Assembly: GCA_017412445.1 (NCBI GenBank)
Contig: JAFPYA010000029.1
Location: 1-28,477 of the forward strand
DNA from: Clostridia bacterium
GTDB taxonomy: Bacteria > Bacillota > Clostridia > Christensenellales > Aristaeellaceae
Direction of reading: 5' to 3'
Length of the DNA stretch: 28,477 nucleotides
Below the pieces are notes generated by a model. It was not told the DNA's origin. It saw nothing but the letters and a program-made list of their open reading frames with translations, and ran no database searches. Below are positions 23,558 to 28,477 of this stretch, piece after piece. A program made the position numbers and the translations under genes. Numbering within the stretch: position 1 is the first letter of the stretch; the number at the start of each line of letters is the position of its first letter.

Positions 23558-25735
23558 TTATTTTGCCTGTGCGTCCTCGTTTATAAGGTGAGGGCGCGTG
23601 TCCACGGGGTAAATGCCGCCCGCGCCGTAGGCTTCAAGCGCGGCGACGATTATGTATTTTTCAGTGCCGAGGGTCATCTCCCTGCCCTCCTTTTTCCATT
23701 TGGAGAAGGGCAGAGAGCCAAAATCCGACACGTAGGCGTTCACGCTCACGGTAAGCGTGCTTTCTTGCCACCCCTCCGCCCAGACGCCCCTGTCGTATAT
23801 CACCTCGCCGCCCGCGCTCACGAGCCGTGTGACATTTGTGCCGCTGTAATAGCAGTCTATGCCGCTCATGGTCAGGCGCGCGCCCGCCCCGCCGTTCAGC
23901 GCGGCGTCAAGCAAACCGAGCAATTCGCCGTAGCTTATCTCGTACACGCACAGGTCGTTGTCGAAGGGGTAGGCCGTGTATATGTCCGCCGCGCTGACCT
24001 CGCGCGAGGCCGCGCCGTTCAGCAGTATCCCCGTTCTCAGCGCGCCCATGTTGGTAAAGGCCACGTCCACGCCCGCGCCCGCGCGCACAAGCTCCAGCAT
24101 GAAGTTGCCCAGCGTACAGCTCATGGCACAGCCGTCTATGGGCGAAAGCGTGAGCTCCGTGTCTATTATCGCAAGCGCGCCGCCCACGGTTTCGCGCACA
24201 TACGAGGCCGCTTCAAGGGCGACATTCAGCACCTCCGGGTCAAATTTATCCCCCGCCTCGCCGTCAGGACAGAGCGTGTCGTCCTTGCTTAAGTACACAA
24301 ACCGCGCCCCGTCCACGCGGGCGTAGCCATTGCCTAAAACCAGCCTCGCCTCGCAGTAGCCGCGTCCGTAGCAGTACGCCTGCATGTAGGGTATGCCGCT
24401 GCCGCTTACGCCGCATTCGGGGAAGTGGCTGTGCCCGCCCAGCACCAGATCCACATCGCTGTCTATCCTCAGCTTATGCGCAAGCACCGCTGCGTCCATG
24501 TGCGCAAGCACTATCACCGCGTCGCAGCCGCCTGCCTTCAGCGCGCTTGCCAGCGCCTCAAGCGCTCTGTAGTCCTCGCGTATGCTGTAGCCTTCGCCCG
24601 AAAACACGTCCTTTGAAATCGAGCTGCCGTAGTCTTCCGCCCAGCCTATCACGCCTATATTCACTGTCCGCGCCTCCCCGCTTTGGGAAAAGGCGGTCTT
24701 TTCAATTATCGCGAAGGGCACGGCGATGTCTGAAGGCTCGCCGCTTTGGCTTATGTTCATGCACAGTACAGGTATTTTACTGTTTCCGCTTAAGCCGAAC
24801 ACGTCGTATGAGCCAAGGGTCGCGTCCGGGTCTATGACCTTCCTGACGCCCCAGTCGAACTCGTGGTTGCCCAGCGCCACCGCGTCGTATTTCATTATGT
24901 CCAGCGCCGCCATAACCGACTGCCCGTCCACCTCGTTTGAGACGGCGCTGCCCTGAAACATGTCGCCCCCGTCCAGGAGCAGCACGTTCTCTTCGCCGTG
25001 AACGAGGCGCGCTTTGTTCACGCGCGCGGCTATCGCGGCAAGGGGATAGGTGCAGTTTTCGCTTTCCGCCGCCGAGGTGTCGGCGAGGTAGCCGTGAAGG
25101 TCGGTGGTTTCAAAGAGGGTCAGGGCGTATTCGTCCTTTTCTTCGCCGCTTTTTCGTTCGGGCAGCGCGTCTGTGAGCTTTGCCGCCTCGTCCTTGTCAA
25201 GCGGCGCGTAAAACGCGTATCTGAAGCTTTCGTTCTGGGCGGTCTTGTAGAGCACCACCGCGTCCGAAAGCGGATAGTATTCCAGCGCGCTGCCGGTAAG
25301 ATACGCGCTCTCGACCGTGCAGCCGTTTGTGCGAAACGTGAGGCGCCAGAGCGCGCCCGTGCCGTATTCTTTAAGAACGAGCCTTCCGCTTTCCTCCGCC
25401 GAAAGATATTTTTCGCCCGAGGAGAAGGCGTAGGTGCCGTCGCTTTGGATTTCCGCGCGCCACAGGGCGGCGGAAGCAAGCGTGTACAGATACCCGTCCC
25501 GCTCGTAGGTTTCCGCCGTGGCGAGCCCCTTGTCCTTCCTTTCAGGCGTCAGCGCCTGACCGTAGGCGGCGTTTACTATATACACCTCCATGCCGTCCGT
25601 AAGCTCGCTTACCTTTACCGCCGCTGTGTCAAAGGGGCTGACCTTTTCTTCCGAAAGCGCGGGCGCAAGCGACAGAAGCAAAAGCGCAAGCAGCAGCGCG
25701 GGTATTCTAAGGCGGACAGTCGCAATCGCTTTCAC
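23558..25735 (-). CDS. Secreted 5'-nucleotidase / calcineurin-like phosphoesterase with an extra N-terminal domain
   Basis: Signal peptide, then TTDLHG, LDGGD, LGNHEFDWG, VLAH and GGHSH metal motifs. 5'-nucleotidase C-domain LGNF...VAFTN.GALR...YPFDN. AAAGGAG RBS, GTG start. Confidence 0.88.
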   Translation of the reverse strand: MKAIATVRLRIPALLLALLLLSLAPALSEEKVSPFDTAAVKVSELTDGMEVYIVNAAYGQALTPERKDKGLATAETYERDGYLYTLASAALWRAEIQSDGTYAFSSGEKYLSAEESGRLVLKEYGTGALWRLTFRTNGCTVESAYLTGSALEYYPLSDAVVLYKTAQNESFRYAFYAPLDKDEAAKLTDALPERKSGEEKDEYALTLFETTDLHGYLADTSAAESENCTYPLAAIAARVNKARLVHGEENVLLLDGGDMFQGSAVSNEVDGQSVMAALDIMKYDAVALGNHEFDWGVRKVIDPDATLGSYDVFGLSGNSKIPVLCMNISQSGEPSDIAVPFAIIEKTAFSQSGEARTVNIGVIGWAEDYGSSISKDVFSGEGYSIREDYRALEALASALKAGGCDAVIVLAHMDAAVLAHKLRIDSDVDLVLGGHSHFPECGVSGSGIPYMQAYCYGRGYCEARLVLGNGYARVDGARFVYLSKDDTLCPDGEAGDKFDPEVLNVALEAASYVRETVGGALAIIDTELTLSPIDGCAMSCTLGNFMLELVRAGAGVDVAFTNMGALRTGILLNGAASREVSAADIYTAYPFDNDLCVYEISYGELLGLLDAALNGGAGARLTMSGIDCYYSGTNVTRLVSAGGEVIYDRGVWAEGWQESTLTVSVNAYVSDFGSLPFSKWKKEGREMTLGTEKYIIVAALEAYGAGGIYPVDTRPHLINEDAQAK

Positions 25736-25765
25736 GGTGAAGCTCCTTTATATGTATTTTTGCTT

Positions 25766-25794
25766 ATTATACAGCTTAGCCCCCGTCCGGTCAA
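25766..25794 (-). promoter_or_regulatory. sigmaA-type promoter of the 5'-nucleotidase
   Basis: Minus strand TTGACC-17 nt-TATAAT. Confidence 0.75.
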
Positions 25795-25846
25795 TCGCGG
25801 CGCATAAATATGCGCAAAAATACGCCTATTTTTACGCCCTCGGCGC

Positions 25847-25875
25847 TTGTCAGGCGGGGCGGCGTGTGGTATAAT
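25847..25875 (+). promoter_or_regulatory. sigmaA-type promoter of the patatin-MATE operon
   Basis: TTGTCA-17 nt-TATAAT with TG extension. Confidence 0.75.
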
Positions 25876-25914
25876 GCCGCGAAATCATACTTACGGGGGC
25901 TTAGGGCAGTTTAT

Positions 25915-26763
25915 ATGAAAAAGGGTCTCGTGATGGAGGGCGGCGCGATGCGCGGCATGTTCACCTGCGGGGTGATGGACGTGCTCATGGAAAACGATAT
26001 CGTATTTGACGGCGCGGCGGGGATCTCCGCGGGCGCGACGTTCGGCTGCAATTTTAAGTCCCGCCAGATTGGCCGCCCCTTGCGCTACAACTTAAAGTAC
26101 TGCCGCGACCCGCGCTACTGCTCCCTGCGCTCCCTCATATTTACCGGCGACCTCTACGGCGCGGACTTCTGCTACCGCGTGCTGCCGGACGAGCTGGACA
26201 TATTCGACCGCGAGGCGTACAGGCAGAACCCCATGGACTTTTACGTGGGCGCGACCGAGGTGACGAAGGCCGAAATCGCATACCGCAACTGCCTCAAGGC
26301 TGACGACACGGAGATGCAGTGGATACGCGCCTCGGCGTCCATGCCCTTTGTGTCCCACGCGGTGGAGATTGAGGGCAAAAAGTATCTGGACGGCGGCATC
26401 GTAGACGCGGTGCCCTACGGCATAATGGTCAAAAACGGCTATGAAAAGCTGGTGCTCATACTCACTCAGCCCGCGGGCTACCGCAAAAGCCCCATGGGCC
26501 TTAAGCGCCTTACAAAGCTGCTGCTGAGAAAATATCCCGCCCTGTACGAGGCGCTTTTACGCCGCCACGAGATGTACAACCGCCAGATGGACGAAATAGA
26601 CGCGCGCGAAAAAAGCGGGCAGTGGCTGGTTATGCGCCCGCCCGAGAAGCTCGGCGTCAACCGCGTGGAAAAGCACCCGGACAGGCTCGAAAAGGCCTAT
26701 CTCGTCGGCAAAAGCGAGGCAAACGCCCGCCTTGAACAGATAAAAACCTATCTTTGCTCCTGA
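25915..26763 (+). CDS. Patatin-family phospholipase
   Basis: EGGAMRG, GISAG (nucleophile Ser), ASASMP, DGG. Start at MKKGLV (25915) because the ORF-track extension overlaps the promoter. Confidence 0.9.
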   Translation: MKKGLVMEGGAMRGMFTCGVMDVLMENDIVFDGAAGISAGATFGCNFKSRQIGRPLRYNLKYCRDPRYCSLRSLIFTGDLYGADFCYRVLPDELDIFDREAYRQNPMDFYVGATEVTKAEIAYRNCLKADDTEMQWIRASASMPFVSHAVEIEGKKYLDGGIVDAVPYGIMVKNGYEKLVLILTQPAGYRKSPMGLKRLTKLLLRKYPALYEALLRRHEMYNRQMDEIDAREKSGQWLVMRPPEKLGVNRVEKHPDRLEKAYLVGKSEANARLEQIKTYLCS

Positions 26764-26793
26764 CCGCCCCCTGATTTACGAAAGGAAAAAACC

Positions 26794-28155
26794 ATGCGCA
26801 TTTTCACCCGCGACGGCTCGTTTTACAAAACCTACTTCAGGCTGATGCTGTTCATCGCCTTTCAGAACCTGCTCACCTTCAGCGTGTCGCTGGTGGACAA
26901 CGTGATGCTGTCGCGCTACGGCGGCGCGGCGTTCAACGGCGCGGCGCTGGCCAACCAGATACAGTTTCTTTTGCAGATGGTGGTAAACGGCGCGGGCGAG
27001 GGCGTAATAGTGCTTTCCGCCCAGTACTGGGGCGAGAGGCGCACGGACCCCATAAAGCGGGTGGCCTCGGCGGGGCTGACCACCGCGCTCACATTCGGCG
27101 TGACATTCTTTGTGCTGGCGAGCGTACTGCCCCGCGAGATACTGAGCCTCTTAAACAAGGACAAGGACATACTCGACGCAGGCTGCGAATATCTTAGCAT
27201 AATCCGCTTCACCTACCCCATCTGGTGCCTGACGATGGTGCTTTTGGCGTCTCAGCGCTCGGTCGAAAACGCGCGCCTGGGCTTTTTCGTGATGCTTATA
27301 AGCATGGTGGTAAACATATTTTTCAATTACTGCATGATATACGGCCACTGGATATTCGAGGAGATGGGCGTTCGCGGCGCGGCGTACGCCACGCTTATCG
27401 CCCGCGGCTTTGAATTTGTGACCGCGCTTGTATTTACTCTGTTCATAGACAAAAAGCTTAAGCTCAGGCTCAAAAGCATGTTCTCCTTCGACAGGGTGCT
27501 CTGGCGCGACTATTTCAAATACGCCACGCCCATAATGCTGGGCGGGGCCAGCTGGGGCATGGCGATGTTCATACAGACCTCGATAATCGGCCACATGGGC
27601 GGCGACGTCATAAGCGCAAACACCCTTGCGATAAACGTGTTCAACGTGGTGAGCGTGTTCGCCTACGGCGGCGGCAACGCCTCGGGCGTGATCACAGGAA
27701 AGTTAATAGGCGAAAACAACCCGCGCCTTAAGGAATACGTGCGCACAATGCAGGCGCTGTTCGTGCTCACGGGGCTCATAACCGGCGCCACCATCTTTGC
27801 GCTCAGGATGCCCGTGATACGTCTGTTCCGCCTTGAGACAGGCGCGGCGATAGGCTTCGCAAAGCAGTTTCTGCTGGTGCTCTCAGTAACCTCCGTGGGC
27901 ACGGCGTATCAGGCGCCCTGCCTTACGGGCATAGTGCGCGGCGGCGGGCTGACCAAGTTCGTGTTTTACAACGACCTCATATTCCAGTGGGGCATAGTGC
28001 TATTGTTTTCGCTGCTTGCGGCCTACGTGTGGCATCTGCCGCCCGTGTGGGTGTTTTTCATACTCAAAAGCGACCAGCTGCTCAAATGCGCCGTCGCCGC
28101 CGTTGAGGTAAACCGCTTCACGTGGATAAGAAAGCTAACGCAGGCGCAAGCCTGA
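26794..28155 (+). CDS. MATE-family efflux transporter
   Basis: VSLVDNVML, SAQYWG, GVRGAAYATLIAR and two homologous halves with about 12 TM segments. Confidence 0.92.
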   Translation: MRIFTRDGSFYKTYFRLMLFIAFQNLLTFSVSLVDNVMLSRYGGAAFNGAALANQIQFLLQMVVNGAGEGVIVLSAQYWGERRTDPIKRVASAGLTTALTFGVTFFVLASVLPREILSLLNKDKDILDAGCEYLSIIRFTYPIWCLTMVLLASQRSVENARLGFFVMLISMVVNIFFNYCMIYGHWIFEEMGVRGAAYATLIARGFEFVTALVFTLFIDKKLKLRLKSMFSFDRVLWRDYFKYATPIMLGGASWGMAMFIQTSIIGHMGGDVISANTLAINVFNVVSVFAYGGGNASGVITGKLIGENNPRLKEYVRTMQALFVLTGLITGATIFALRMPVIRLFRLETGAAIGFAKQFLLVLSVTSVGTAYQAPCLTGIVRGGGLTKFVFYNDLIFQWGIVLLFSLLAAYVWHLPPVWVFFILKSDQLLKCAVAAVEVNRFTWIRKLTQAQA

Positions 28156-28233
28156 AAATGCCCGCGTTATTTGCCGCTAAATCTGCTAAATGATACTTGA
28201 GGATATTACAGCATAAGCGTCAAAAGCTAATCT

Positions 28234-28476
28234 TCATTTGCTGCCCTCTGCCGCTGTCAAAGCCTGATAGCGGCGCATTAGTTCAGCGACACAGCTGCTC
28301 TCGGTGGTGTCCTTGACGCTCATGCCGTAGGCCTCCATGACGGCGCGGTCGTTTTGCTGGTGGGCCTTGCGAAGCTCCGGCGGCATTGTCAAATCGTCGT
28401 ACAGGTCGGCAAGGCTGCTGTCCGGGTACAGGGCGCGGGCGTCCAGAATGGCCTGCGCGGTCTTTTCGATCTTCGC
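28234..28476 (-). CDS. 3' end (partial) of an MmeI-like type IIL restriction-modification enzyme / DNA methyltransferase
   Basis: My translation of the minus strand: AKIEKTAQAILDARALYPDSSLADLYDDLTMPPELRKAHQQNDRAVMEAYGMSVKDTTESSCVAELMRRYQALTAAEGSK*. This matches the characteristic MmeI-family C-terminus (LADLYD...MPPEL.KAH..ND.AV..AYG). Not in the ORF track. Confidence 0.85.
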   Translation of the reverse strand, partial: AKIEKTAQAILDARALYPDSSLADLYDDLTMPPELRKAHQQNDRAVMEAYGMSVKDTTESSCVAELMRRYQALTAAEGSK

Positions 28477-28477
28477 C

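Overview
A chromosomal window that, by gene content and sigmaA-type promoters, comes from a GC-rich Clostridia-like Firmicute (inference). On the left, an smpB-ssrA (tmRNA, tag ANENSYAVAA) pair is flanked by two outward-pointing ECF sigma modules. The left module is ECF sigma, a membrane anti-sigma-like protein and a clostripain (C11) protease split by a 1-nt frameshift. The right module is an unannotated 60-aa peptide ending in a double-glycine leader-like motif, translationally coupled to an ECF sigma. It is followed by a REP-like repeat cluster and an NHLP-type export operon (short adaptor, C39 peptidase ABC transporter, second ABC transporter, YdcF, YczE). No peptide-modifying enzyme is visible in the window. 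The middle holds a YunG-GNAT fusion, an LPG-synthase-TM protein, purB and a nucleoside phosphorylase. The right part holds a three-gene cell-wall glycopolymer operon (priming transferase, GT2-LicD fusion with an 11-aa repeat tail, TagF-like), a TetM-like GTPase with a non-canonical domain IV loop, a secreted 5'-nucleotidase, a patatin and a MATE pump. The 3' end of an MmeI-like type IIL restriction-modification gene sits at the right edge and is absent from the ORF track. The best candidate for an undescribed system is the GG-peptide / ECF sigma / PCAT exporter unit. No CRISPR array, integrase or transposase was seen.
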